Origin: Octopus sinensis
Taxonomy: Eukaryota
Assembly: GCF_006345805.1 (NCBI RefSeq)
Contig: NC_043021.1
Span: 19,406,001-19,470,000, forward strand
Length of the DNA: 64,000 nt
Reading direction: 5' to 3'
This document shows, one piece after another, positions 12,772 through 24,956 of this stretch. The position numbers and the translations under genes are program-made. The number at the start of each line of letters is the position of its first letter. Position 1 is the first letter of the stretch. A model generated the notes under the pieces. It had not been told where the DNA came from. It saw only the letters and a list, made by a program, of their open reading frames with translations, and did no database searches.

Positions 12772-13594
12772 GTAATGTTAGCTTCTGTCAGCCAGTTTAT
12801 TTGTAATAGAGTTTGTAATGTTTCTACAAGTAAAATTTTGACTGAAAATTTCTCTGTTTTGCATCTTTCTTAGAAACCCTACAAAATTTATCACAGTTTA
12901 ATGAAAAAAAAGAGTTTGTTTTTGTCTTTACGAATTCGCTTTTTCCAGAGTGTTTAACAAGTTACAAATAGAAGATATGCAAGCGTTTGTTCATAAAAGA
13001 CCTTAAATTTTTTTTAAAAAAAGCTTAATTTTTCAATATTAAGTTTTCTCATAACAAAAAACAACATTTTTAGTGAGTTATCTTTTTATGTTTTATCTTT
13101 TGCTTCAGTCATTGAAGTATGGTCATGCTGGGGCACCACCTTGAAGGGGTGGGGCACCACCTTTGTCGAACAAACAGACCCCATTACATATTTTCAAAGT
13201 CTAATACATATTATATTAGATTCTATTGTCGAAGCTTAAGTTACAGGGACGTAAATAAAACAGTACCAATTGTTAAGTGGTGGTAGTGAACACATAGAAA
13301 CACACACACACACACACAAAAGACTGGTTTACACACAGTTTCTGCCTACTAAATTCACTCACAAAGCTTTGGTCGGTCGGGGTTTAGTAGAAGACACTTG
13401 CCCAAAGTGCCGTGCAATGGGTCTGAATCGGGAACCTCATGTTTATAAAACGAGCTTCTTAACCAACTCCAATGTTTCCCCACTCCCTCCATTTTCAGCG
13501 ACGTCTCCATTTATTAAACTTCGTAAGTGTTTTAGGGAATTTGCATGGCGGGGAAAACGTCAAGCTGGGAGACGAACTTAAATATCGATTTTAT

Positions 13595-13630
<36 letters not shown>

Positions 13631-13806
13631 ATAAATATTAGGGAATAAATCCAAATTTACAGGGAAAAAAATCAGATTTAGGATTAAATCCAATTTTATA
13701 GTAAAATATTATAAAATATTATTAGAGACAAAACCACTATTTTGCAAAACAAACAAGGAAAGACTTAATCAATACATAAAATTTTAATAAATAGTCAAAA
13801 AAACCG

Positions 13807-13849
13807 CCACTACAATCGTTTCTTGTCTTGATCGACAATCTTCAGGTGG
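13807..13849 (-). ncRNA. Minimal type I hammerhead ribozyme motif (mirror copy)
   Basis: Exact reverse complement of 13888-13930 within the palindrome. Confidence 0.75.
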
Positions 13850-13887
13850 ACTTCCAATAAGTCAGTTTCAAATGACTTATTGGAAGT

Positions 13888-13930
13888 CCACCTGAAGATT
13901 GTCGATCAAGACAAGAAACGATTGTAGTGG
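13888..13930 (+). ncRNA. Minimal type I hammerhead ribozyme motif
   Basis: CCAC-CUGAAGA-UUGUC gaucaa GACAA-GAAAC GAUU GUA^GUGG: stem I 4 bp, stem II 5 bp, intact core, short helix III. Confidence 0.75.
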
Positions 13931-14017
13931 CGGTTTTTTTGACTATTTATTAAAATTTTATGTATTGATTAAGTCTTTCCTTGTTTGTTTTGCAAAATAG
14001 TGGTTTTGTCTCTAATA

Positions 14018-14054
<37 letters not shown>

Positions 14055-14107
14055 GTTTAAATATTTGTTGTGCAAGATTTTTTATGTGAAGTCGTGTGTT
14101 GAAACAG

Positions 14108-14317
14108 ATATTGTTATATTTCGGAATGGTCATTTTGCCAGTTTAGCCAATAAAAACACACGCACTATATATTTGGTGTTATTTTGCTTCAGTGTTATTT
14201 ATTTTTTACATTAATCTTAATCTTAAATAACACTGAAGCAAAATAACACCAAATATATAGTGCGTGTGTTTTTATTGGCTAAACTGGCAAAATGACCATT
14301 CCGAAATATAACAATAT
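14108..14317. repeat. Perfect palindrome, 94-bp arms, 22-nt spacer
   Basis: 14108-14201 is the reverse complement of 14224-14317. Confidence 0.93.
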
Positions 14318-14786
14318 ATATACTAGCAGTATCGCCCGGCGTTGCTCGGATTTGTTTCGACCCTTTAGAATTGGAATTTTTGGAAAGTAAAAAGGATCTT
14401 TTCCTTTTGAACGGCACTTTGTAACATAATTTCTAGGTAACTAAAAAGTTTTAAACTTCGTATACTGGTAGAATGTGTTTATAAAACATCATTTTCTCTT
14501 GTAAGATATTTCGTCTGAAATTTCGAGCATTTCGGCAATTTTAACCAATCGATTACCTCCATTGAGCTAAAATCATTTGCTGCGTATAAAACTGAGACAA
14601 CATCCTGTAACTAACCCTAAACCTCCCCCTAACCCTAACTTTTTTTTTCTTTATTGTTAAATTAATTTAATTGTTATGCATGTAAAAAAAAACGTGTATG
14701 GCACATTGGGCAGGTGTCTCAGGCCGACTAAAGCCTTGTGAGTGGATTTGGTAGACAGAAACTGAAAGAAGCTCATCATATCTTTA

Positions 14787-15180
14787 CCCTTTTACTTGTT
14801 TCAGTCATTTGACTGTGGCCATGCTGGAGCACCGCCTTTAGGCGAGCAAATCGACCCCAGAACTTATTCTTTGTAAGCCTAGTACTTATTCTATCAGTCT
14901 CTTTTGCCGACCTGCTAAGTTACGGGGATGTAAACACACCAGCATCGGTTGTCAAGTGATGTTGGGGAGACAAACATATACACAGACATACATATATATA
15001 TATATATATATATTTGACAGGCTTCTTTCAGTTTCCATCTACCAAATCCACTCACAAGGCTTTGGTTGACCTGAGGCTATAGTAGAAGACACTTGGCCAA
15101 GGTGCCACGCAGTAGGAGAGAACCCGGAACCATGTGGTTGGTAAGCAAACTACTTACCACACAACCACTCCTATGCCTAT
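14787..15180 (-). mobile_element. tRNA-derived SINE family 1
   Basis: Full-length copy. Confidence 0.88.
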
Positions 15181-15325
15181 ATATATGTGTGTGTGTGTAT
15201 ATATATATAAATACATTTATATATATAGGAAAACAATAGAACACATCCCATTCTCTAAGTTAGGATCAACGAAGATAAGAATGAATGTGGACGTACATCA
15301 AAATAAAAATCAAATGGAAATTGTA

Positions 15326-15592
15326 GTTGTGATGCCCGTGCTGGTGGCACGTAAAAAGCATCATCCGAATGTGGCCAATGCCAGCGTCGCCTTTACTGGC
15401 TTCCGTGCTGTGGCACGTAAAAAGCACCCACTACACTCACGGAGTGGTTGGCATTAGGAAGGGCATCCAGCTGTAGAAACACTGCCAGATCAGACTGGAG
15501 CCTGGTGCAGCCTCCTGGCTTCCCAGACCCCGGTCGAACCGTCCAACTCATGCTAGCATGGAAAACAGACGTTAAATGATGATGATGATGAT
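15326..15592 (+). mobile_element. (ATG)n-tailed retroposon 3' end with internal ~60-66-bp repeats (GGTGGCACGTAAAAAGCACC)
   Basis: Other copies near 7255(-), 17620(+), 20908(-), 21410(+), 26985(-), 38785(+), 43000(+), 51310(-), 51590(+), 52900(+) and 59330(+). Confidence 0.85.
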
Positions 15593-15704
15593 ATAGAAAA
15601 CAGTTATTTTATACCACACAGTTAGAAACATTGGAAAAATAGAAGTTGAAAATGCACTGATAATATTTAAAATATTATTAAAATAATATTATTATTATTA
15701 ATAA

Positions 15705-16410
15705 GCTGACCAAGACCACAAAAATGAAGATTTACCAGGCATGTGTACTTAGCACTCTACTGTATGGAAGTGAGACTTGGACATCATATACACGCCAAGA
15801 GCGTCGCCTAAATATCTTTCACCTGCGCTGCCTCCGGAAAATCCTTGGCATCAAATGGCAGAATCATGTCCCCAACAAAGATGTCCTCTAGCAAGCAGGA
15901 ATACCAAGCATGTTTGCACTCCTCACACAAAGACGTATGAGATGGCTTGGACATGTTAGCCGTATGGAAGATGGCAGAATCCCCAAGGACATACTCTACG
16001 GAGAGCTTGCTAGGGGCACTAGGTCTGTAGGAAGACCGTTCTTACGATAGAAGGATGTTTCCAAAAGGGACATGAAGGCCTGCAACATCAATATTAGCAA
16101 CTGGGAAGCAGTTGCGAGCAACTATGGAGATTGGCGATGGACCATAAAAGAGGAAATACAAAGGAGTGACAGAGGGAAGGAAGAGAAATGGAAAGACAAG
16201 AAAAGACATCAACAAGAAACTATGACATTACAACCAGCCAGGCAAAGTCTTTGCTACATTTGCGGCACCTGCCTGAGGGAGTGTTTGTCCAGGATAGGAC
16301 TACACAGCCACAGCAGGAGATGTATTAGGACATGAAATGTAAAAGCTGGACTAGATTATTTTATGCGCAACTCTATTGTCTCCCAAGACAAAAAGGATGC
16401 CAACAACAAT
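15705..16410 (+). mobile_element. RTE-BovB-like LINE 3' relic
   Basis: LYGSETWT, FHLRCLRKILGIKWQ, RWLGHVSRMEDGRIPKDILYGEL, CGTCLRECLSRIGLHSHSRRC; in-frame stops; (CAA)n end. Confidence 0.9.
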
Positions 16411-16877
16411 GTGTGTGTGTGTGTGTGTGTCCTCCTCTGCCATTGCTTGACAACCAATGTTGGTGTGTTTACATCCTTGTAACTTTAGCAGTTCAGCAAA
16501 GAAGACCAATAGAATAAGTACTAGGCTTACAAAGAATAAAGTCCTGGGGTCAATTTCTTCGACTAAAACCCGTTAATGCAGTGCTCCAGCATGGCTGTAA
16601 TCAGATGACTGAAACAAGTAAAAGAATAAAAGAAAAATTTACCCATAAGGCTATAGTAACTATTGTCATCGTTTAATAGTCCTGTATTTCCACACTGGCA
16701 TGGGTTGATGAGCCAGGGGTCTGCTCTGAGCTTTAGCATTTGCTTTAGCTTGAGGACCTTCTTAAAACCAACCATTTCATTGAGTGTACTGGGTGCTTTT
16801 TTCTTTTTTCATGGCACCAGTACTGGTTTGGTCACCAACTACTCACAAGACAAGATCTCTCACTTGAGAGGTGTATA

Positions 16878-17285
16878 GTATATGGCTCAGAAACCTGGAC
16901 ATTATCAAAGAAGCTTGAGAGGCGGTTGGATGGAACCTACACTCGCTTCCTTGTGAGAGCTCAAAATCTCTCGTGGAAGCGTCATCCAACCAAAATGCAA
17001 ATATATGGGAAACTACCACCTGTGTCATCTCTTGTGAAAGGTAAGAGAGTCCAGTTTGCTGGACATTGTTGTAGAGCTGAAAACGTGGCAATTTCTACTC
17101 TTCTCCTCTGGAAACCATCTACTCGTGATACCAGAAGGCGCACACTCTCCTACCCTGATGTAATCTCCAGGGATACAGGCATCCAGCAACAGGACCTTTG
17201 TAATGCCATGATGGACCGTGAAGTCTGGCGTAGCATGGTAAATTCCATTGTCTCGACCACGGTCGAACAATGATGATGATGTATG
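16878..17285 (+). mobile_element. RTE-clade LINE 3' fragment
   Basis: YGSETWTLSKKLERRLDGTYTR...FAGHCCR...DREVWRSMV; (TGA)n tail. Confidence 0.88.
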
Positions 17286-17976
17286 TATGTATTAAATATG
17301 ATAGAAGGAGGAGCTGGTGTCTTACTGAAGGGATGAAAGCATGGCATCCTCACCTGTGGAGAAAAAAGAAAGATAGATAGGTATGTAGACAGATAGATTG
17401 GTAGGTATGTATGTAGATAGACAGAGATAGATATAGATAAATAGATAGTGTTGTGGTGAGAGTCATTAACACCCCTGTGGTATTGGAAGAATGGATTGGC
17501 TGAACTCTTAGAAAAAGTAGCGTATTGGTAGAGATGAGGGGAAAGTCGTAGGAAGTCATTGAGAGTTTGTATTTATTGGCGTATCGTGTTTAATGGAGTA
17601 ATTTGAATTACATCACGTGAGAAATCAAATTCGATGACTGACATCCGTGCTAGTGGAGCGCTAAGAGCACCATCCGAGCATGATCGTTGCCAGAGCAGCT
17701 AACTGGCTTCCGTAAAAAGCACCATTCGAGCGCGATCGTTACCAGCGTCGCCTAACTGGTACTTGTGCCAGTGGCATGTGAAAAAAAAAACATTCGAGCG
17801 TGGCTGTTGCCAGTGCCGCCTGACTGGCCCCATGCTGGTGGCACGTAAAAGCACCCACTACACTCTCGGAGTGGTTGGCATTAGGAAGGGCATCCAGCTG
17901 TAGAAACTCTGCCAGATCAGATTGGGGCCTGGTGCGAGCCATCTGGTTCTCCAGTCCTCAGTCAAATCGTCTAACC

Positions 17977-18195
17977 CAGTGGTTTTCAACCAGGGTTCCA
18001 TGGAACCTTAGGGTTCCGCCAGTTCAGTCCAGGGGTTCCGCAACAAGTTACAAAAATGCTAAAATCGGCAGTAATTTTTAATTTTCCTGTGCAGATATGT
18101 GTGCATAAGACAATTAAATTATTGCACAGGAGTTCCTTGAGCCAGTGAAATGTTTTCTTGGGGTTCCGCTCCAGCAAAAAGTTTGAAAAGCACTA
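17977..18195 (+). mobile_element. Same hAT MITE, nested in an (ATG)n-tailed retroposon, TSD gtctaacc
   Basis: TSD at 17969-17976 and 18196-18203; the host repeat resumes after it. Confidence 0.92.
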
Positions 18196-18349
18196 GTCTA
18201 ACCCATGCCAGCATGGAAAGCGGACTTTAAACAAAGACAGTTGTGTCTATCCCTGCTTTATGAAATCTGTATATCCAACGTATAGAAAGATATAAAAGTG
18301 GTGATGAGGATATCAATTTATAAAAGATGGATAGATAGATTAGTAGATA

Positions 18350-18622
18350 GATAATAATAATAATAATAATAAAACATTGCGTACAGTGCTCAGGTGTACT
18401 ACAACTCATCTAAAGTGTATGTATAGTACATAGGGTAATGTACAAGCGTCAGGAAAAGAACGGAGCTTCAGTGAATCCATGCCCAGGGAAACAAGGCGCT
18501 CAGAGTACGGTAGGTGTCTGATGGAGGGTATGCGTTTGGTTGCACGTCTCTGAACAGATTCCAGGAGGTCAATGTTCTGAGCAAGATAGGGGTTCCAAAC
18601 TGATGATGCGAATTCCAAGTGT
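18350..18622 (-). mobile_element. CR1-clade LINE 3' fragment (same family as 1255-2525) with (TTA)n tail
   Basis: EFASSVWNPYLAQNIDLLESVQRRATKRIP; shared 3' end; internally deleted. Confidence 0.88.
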
Positions 18623-19213
18623 GGTCGATAGATAGATAAACAGACAGATAGAGATGTGAGGTTAAGCTACAATGTGAATATTAGAAGTAGAATTGAGATT
18701 GAAGCAGAGAAAAGTTGGCTGGTAGGTAAGAATGCTAGAGTGAAAAACAGGATGACTGATGAGTGATGGGGATTGAGGTGGATCATGACCAGATTTACTG
18801 CACCACATAAATTTGATTCAATATAGGGGTCTAACTGGTCCAGTAAAGTTTTAATGTGCCCCACAAATTCCCAGTAAAAAAAGAAACAATAAATTGGTGG
18901 GTGTACATACACACACACACACACACATATGATGATGATATATATCTTTTTACTTGTTTCAGTCATTAGACTGCAGCCATGCTGGAGCACCACTTTGAAG
19001 AATCATAGTTGAACGAATTGACCCCAGCACTTTTTTTTTTTTTAAACCAGGTATTTATTCTATCAGTGTCTTTTGCTGAACCACTAAGTTGCAGGGACAT
19101 AAATACACCAACAGTGGTGGGGGGACAAACACAGTACAAAGATACACACACATAAATATATACGTATATGAATGTGTATATATATAAATATAGATATATA
19201 GACATATATAGAA

Positions 19214-19547
19214 TTACGGAGATGTACTTGCATAGCAAGTGACCTGATCTGAGATCGTGTGCTGGAACGAAAACAATTGCAGCGTAGGTGTTTATAAGCC
19301 ATTTAAGAAACACACAAAATCTGTTAGATTCACTTCAACATTTAAATTTAATTTGTCAAAATATTTTCGTCACTTTGAGACCGTGACCTGTTCACTGACA
19401 AAACTTCATGCTGCATCTATCAGTGAACAGGTCGCGATCTCAAAGCGACGAAAATATTTTGACAAATTAAATTTAAATGTTGAAGTGAATCTAACGGTTT
19501 TTGTGTGTTTCTTAAATGGCTTATAAACACATTCCACGCTGCAATTG
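19214..19547 (+). mobile_element. Fold-back element: ~60-bp unique end plus ~270-bp imperfect palindrome
   Basis: Palindrome spans 19274-19547 with about 5 mismatches in the ~110-bp core arms; a second copy lies at 38696-39346 in opposite orientation. Confidence 0.85.
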
Positions 19548-20105
19548 ATATATATATATATATAAAAATACAAACTGGGACAAGAATGCAATACATTTAG
19601 GAGACGATACAAAAAACACAGACGGGACATTCGAAGCCTTCAATCTTCAGTCAAGAACCAGATCATCCTCGCAATTTCGGCTGATGTATTTTTTTATATG
19701 GTGGAATTTGAACTCGCAACGTAACAGTAGATGAAATACCGTTAAGCATTTTGCCCGGCATGCTAACATTTCTTATTTCTTTATTGCCCACGAAGGGACA
19801 AACGGATTAAGTCGATTATATCGACCCCAGTGCGTAACTGGTACCCAGTTTATCGACCCCGAAAGGATGAAAGGCAAAGTCGACCTCGGCGGAATTTGAA
19901 CTCAGAACGTAAAGACAGACTAAATACCATTAACCCTTTAGCATTTAAACCGGCCATATCCGACCAAAAGTATTCTGCCTGTTTTATGTTCAAACTGGCC
20001 AGATCTGGTCTCTCACACCAACCCTACAATATCGTTTTAAAAATTAACAGCTACCTCATCAAAATCTCATAGCTACAAGATAATGCATGATTAGTTCAAA
20101 ACAAT

Positions 20106-20314
20106 ACTCTTTACTCTTTTACTTGTTTCAGTCATTTGACTGCGGCCATGCTGGAGCACCGCCTTTAGTCGAGCAAATCGACCCCGGAACTTATTCTTTG
20201 TAAGCCCAGTACTTATTCTATTGATCTCTTTTGCCGAACCGCTAAGTGACGGGGACGTAAACACACCAGCATCAGTTGTCAAGCAATGCTAGGGGGACAA
20301 ACACAGACACACAA

Positions 20315-20345
<31 letters not shown>

Positions 20346-20512
20346 CATATATACGATGGGCTTCTTTCAGTTTCCGTCTACCAAATCCACTCACAAGGCA
20401 TTGGTCGGCCCGGGGCTATAGCAGAAGACACTTGCCCAAGATGCCACGCAGTGGGACTGAACCCGGAACCATGTGGTTGGTTAGCACGCTACTTACCACA
20501 CAGCCACTCCTG
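20106..20512 (-). mobile_element. tRNA-derived SINE family 1
   Basis: Full-length copy, just upstream of coding exon 1. Confidence 0.9.
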
Positions 20513-20679
20513 TGGATAAAAAAGGATTAACTTTGGCAGAATAATGTGAACACTAAAGGGTTAAGCATTTTGCCCGGTGGGCTAACGTTCCTGCCAGCTT
20601 GCCTTCGTTTCCACAGCTTCTTACCGAACAGCCCTGCCTGCACCTTGTTTTCTTTTTCTTTTCTTCAGAAATTTGAACG

Positions 20680-20848
20680 ATGTCGGCGAAATCAAAGAAA
20701 GGCTCAGCCAAATCTAGATCCCTGTCTGCACAGAAGGTGGAAGTAGCTGATGTGACTTCTCCTGAAAGTAGAATGTCCAGTGTTCTGAAACCGGGTTCCT
20801 TAGTTATGGAACACTCTCAGGAAGTCGCTGGAGAGATTAGTCTGACAC
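20680..20848 (+). CDS. DNAH2: DNAH2 coding exon 1 (MSAKSKKGSAK...GEISLT), exon starts 20669
   Basis: Acceptor tttcttttcttcag|20669; ATG with A at -3; donor AC|gtaagt at 20849; ends phase 1. Start resembles the MSSK.. start of DNAH2, but homology is weak. Confidence 0.7.
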
Positions 20849-23005
20849 GTAAGTCATCTTCTTCTTCTTCTTCTTGTCGTCATTTTCCTGTGTTTGTTCA
20901 TCATGATCATCATCATCATTTAACGTCCGCTTTCCATGCTGGCATGGGTTGGACGATTTGACTGAGGGCTGGGCAACCAGATCACTGCACCAGGCTCCAA
21001 TCTGATCTGGCAGTGTTTCTACAGCTGGATGCCCTTCCTAACGCCAACCACTCCGAGAGTGTAGTGGGTGCTTTTACATTCCACTGGCACGGGGGCCAGT
21101 CAGGCAGTACTGGCAACGGCCACGCTCAAATGGTGTTTTTTTACATGCCACCTGCACAGGAGCCAGTCCAGCGGCACTGGCAATGACCTCGCCCGAATGG
21201 TTTTTTCATGTGCCAGTAAGGCTATGCTGATAACGATCACGCTAGAATGGTGCTTTTTACATGCCACTAGCACAGAAGCCAGTTTTCCGCTCTGGCAACA
21301 ATCACGCTCAGATGGTGCTCTTAGCGCTCCACTAGCACTGATGCCAGACATCGAATTTGAATTTGATTTCTTCACAGGATGTAATTCAAATTACTCCCGG
21401 GGCAGCGCTGGCCGTTGCCAGTGCCGCCCTGACTGGCCTCGTGCCGGTGGCACGTAAAAGGCACCATCCGTTCGTGGCCGTTTTCAGCCTTGCCTGGCCC
21501 CCGTGCCAGTGGCACGTAAAAAGCACCATCTGATCGTGGCCGTTTGCCAGCCTCGTCTGGCACGTAAAAAGCACCCACTACACTCACGGAGTGGTTGGCG
21601 TTAGGAAGGGCATCCAGCCATAGAAACATTGCCAGATCAGACTGGGCCTGATGCAGCCTTCTGGCTTCCCAGACCCCAGTTGAACCGTCCAACCCATGCT
21701 AGCATGGAAAGCGGATGCTAAATGATGATGATGATGATGAAACACGATATGCCAATAAATACAAACTCTCAATGACTTCCTACGACTTTCCCCTCATCTC
21801 AACCAATATGCTACTTTTTATAGCGCTCCGCTAGCATGGATGCCAGCCATCGAATTTGATTTCGATTTTAATTTCACTTGCCTCAACAAATCTTTGCAAG
21901 CAGAGTTAGTTTTGATCACACAACTTTGATTGTCTTGATCGCTGTTATATACCTGCAGTGCGACTGCCTGGAAGTTCTGTTCTGTTTGCGGCACAATGTG
22001 TTCGGTGTTAGTTTTTAGTTAGTCTAGAACAGTGGTTTTCAACCAGGGTTCCACGGAACCTTAGGGTTCCGCCAGTACAGTCCAGGGGTTCAGCAAGAAG
22101 TTACAAAACTGCTAAAATCGGCAGTAATTTTTAATTCTCCTGTGCAGATATGTGTGCATAAGACTATTAAATTATTGCACAGGGGTTCCCCGAGCCAGTG
22201 GAATGTTTCCTTGGGGCTCCGCTCCAGCAAAAAGTTTGAAAAGCACTGGTCTAGAATGTAGCAACTCGCTGCATGAAAATGTTATTGCGTTGAAGTTTGA
22301 TTTTGCTTACAATTTAACAATCTTTTTTTCTATTGTATATTGCTGTATTTTTAGTTGATTAAAACCTTTTAAACTTAAGATATTCCAGTTTGGGTTTATA
22401 ACAGTTGTCATTGTCATCATCATCATTGCTGCTGTTTAGCCCTAGGTCAGCCATGGTCAGGCAAATGTTCAATCTAGAAACAAACAAAACGTTAAGAGGT
22501 GCTCCCTCACTCCTCAAAAACCCGGAACTCCCAAAGCAGGGCCCCACTACCTGATGCAGTTCAGAGTCAGTCATACCCAGAACAACATACACATGCGCGC
22601 ACACACACACACACACATGCATACACGTGTACACACAGACATACACTCCTGCATACACTTACACACATATGCTTTGTTTCTTTTCCATTTTTGACAATCA
22701 CCACTTGTCGAATGGCTAAGTCCTACTTTGCAGTAGAAGAGCATAACTCTCATGGTGTAAATAGGACAAGGTATTTTTGTTCAATGCACCGATTTATCTA
22801 CAATTTCTTGTGCTCTCTCTCTCACACACCCGCACACATGCACAACTGGTCTTTGTATACGTTCTCACCTCTGAAGTTTCACTTACAAAGACATCGGTCA
22901 CCTTGCTGGGATGTGGTAGAAAACACATGGCTTGGATGCCATGCAGTGAGGTTGAACCCTCAACCATGTAGTTGATAAGCAGACACCCTAACCACACAAC
23001 CATTC

Positions 23006-23036
<31 letters not shown>

Positions 23037-24891
23037 ACCTTGCATCTGTCTTTATTCAGATTACTTTCCTTTGTGTTACACAAAGGTAGGTAGATAGGAA
23101 CATACTATTGTCTTAATATGTACAGGGTAATTCAAAAGTCTCCATACATAGGAAAAATTTAGTTTTTTATAAGTAAGGCATAGGCGCAGGAATGGCTGTG
23201 TGGTAAGTAGCTTGCTAACCAACCAACCACATGGTTCTGGGTTCAGTCCCACTGCGTGGCATCTTGGGCAAGTGTCTTCTGCTATAGCCTCGAGCCGACC
23301 AATGCCTTGTGAGTGGATTTGGTAGACGGAAACTGAAAGAAGCCTGTCGTATATATGTATATATATATATATGTGTGTGTGTGTTTGTGTGTCTGTGTTT
23401 GTCCCCCTAGCATTGCTTGACAACCGATGTTGGTGTGTTTACGTCCCCGTCACTTAGCGCTTCGGCAAAAAGAGACCGATAGAATAAGTACTGGGCTTAC
23501 AAAGAATAAGTCCCGCGGTCGATTTGCTCGACTAAAGGCGGTGCTCCAGCATGGCCGCAGTCAAATGACTGAAACAAGTAAAAGAGTAGGTTTATAAGAT
23601 TCCCTAGATCCCCTGATCAGACTCCTCTTGATTGCTAACTTTGGGGCCATTTGAAAGGCATGGTGTATCACAGAAAGATGGACATAAATCATTTGAAGGA
23701 CCACATCACCAACTCATTTGCACACATATCACCAGATGTGTTATCGTGAGTTCACAGTGAATGGGGTAAACGTATTGCAATGTGTATTCACAACAATGGT
23801 AACCATATAATAGAGGCTCTTAAATAGAGAAAAAACCTGTTCTTTATAAACTGTTTCTTATAAAAAAATAAATTGGGATCTTTTCGGTTTGAATGGCAGT
23901 TTTTTCTAGCGGTGTCATATGAAATTGTCACCCATAATTATGACCCTAGTACCCATCTATTGCATTTCAATCTGTTTTAGGGATGGGGGGAAGGGTATCT
24001 TTTTTTTCTTCACAAATGTAAATAAACCCAATCTATTTCTTAAACGAGGGATATATTCATACGGCACAGAATGTTTTTTACCTAAATAGATGTCAGTGAT
24101 TGGTTGAAATTGCAGAAATTGAAGAAAAAAACAACAAATATCTTACAAACTATAGAATTTTCTTAATAAAGCCAAAAGAAAAAGATGTTTTATAAACACA
24201 TTCTACCAGTATACGAAGTTTAAAATTTTTTTAGTTACCTAGAAATTATGTTAAAAACTGCCGTTCAAACCGAAAAGATCCATAAATTGTTCCTATGTAT
24301 GGCAACTAACTCTAACCCTAACTTTTGAATCACCCTGTAAATTTATTTCTTAACAGCTGTCAGACAAAGTCTAAAACCCTTCATAGATACTCCAGATGTA
24401 AAACACGAAATAAATTTTGAAACTGTTCAACTGGAAGAGCCTGCTCTCTCCGTGGTAAGTTATGTATTGAAATCTTTTCATAACTAATTTGCACATATTG
24501 ATGAAGCAGTGGGGGGGTTCAATTCTTGGAACAAACCCTGAACCATGGTATTTTCTTCCAGAATGTATACAAATGTATAAGGCGGCTAGCTGGCAGAAAA
24601 ACGTTAGCACGCCGGGTGAAATGCTTAGTGGTATTTCGTCTGCCGTTACGTTCTGAGTTCAAATTCCGCCGAGGTCAAATTTGCCTTTCATCGTTTTGGG
24701 GTCGATTAAATAAGTACCAGTTACATACTGGGGTCGATATAATCGACTTAATCCATTTAGAAAGGTTTTTTTTTTTCCTCCAGTTTCTTGATTTTGGGTG
24801 GAAACTTCCTGGATTTATGTCTAAAATGTTCAGCCTCTGCAGATGGTTTAATCTGATCAAAGTAAAAGGCTTTCCATCAAATTTGCAAGAC

Positions 24892-24956
<65 letters not shown>

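Larger units (their letters stand above)
13710..14027. repeat. Perfect palindrome, 155-bp arms, 8-nt spacer; Penelope-like terminal repeat in inverted duplication
   Basis: 13710-13864 is the exact reverse complement of 13873-14027 (compared by eye). Confidence 0.95.
23123..24337 (+). mobile_element. Internally deleted Tc1/mariner-superfamily element with nested SINE and MITE
   Basis: TIRs CAGGGT(A/G)ATTCAAAAGT, TA on both sides; transposase C-terminal relic PRSPDQTPLDC*LWGHLKGMVY...CIHNNGNHIIEALK* at 23603-23826. Confidence 0.88.

Noticed and set aside
14610-14640. TAACCC telomere-like motifs
   Set aside because: Only 2-3 scattered units within a transposon-derived segment, not an interstitial telomere array.
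19630-19690. CTGAAGA on the minus strand followed by GAAT
   Set aside because: No credible stem II loop or GAAA core.
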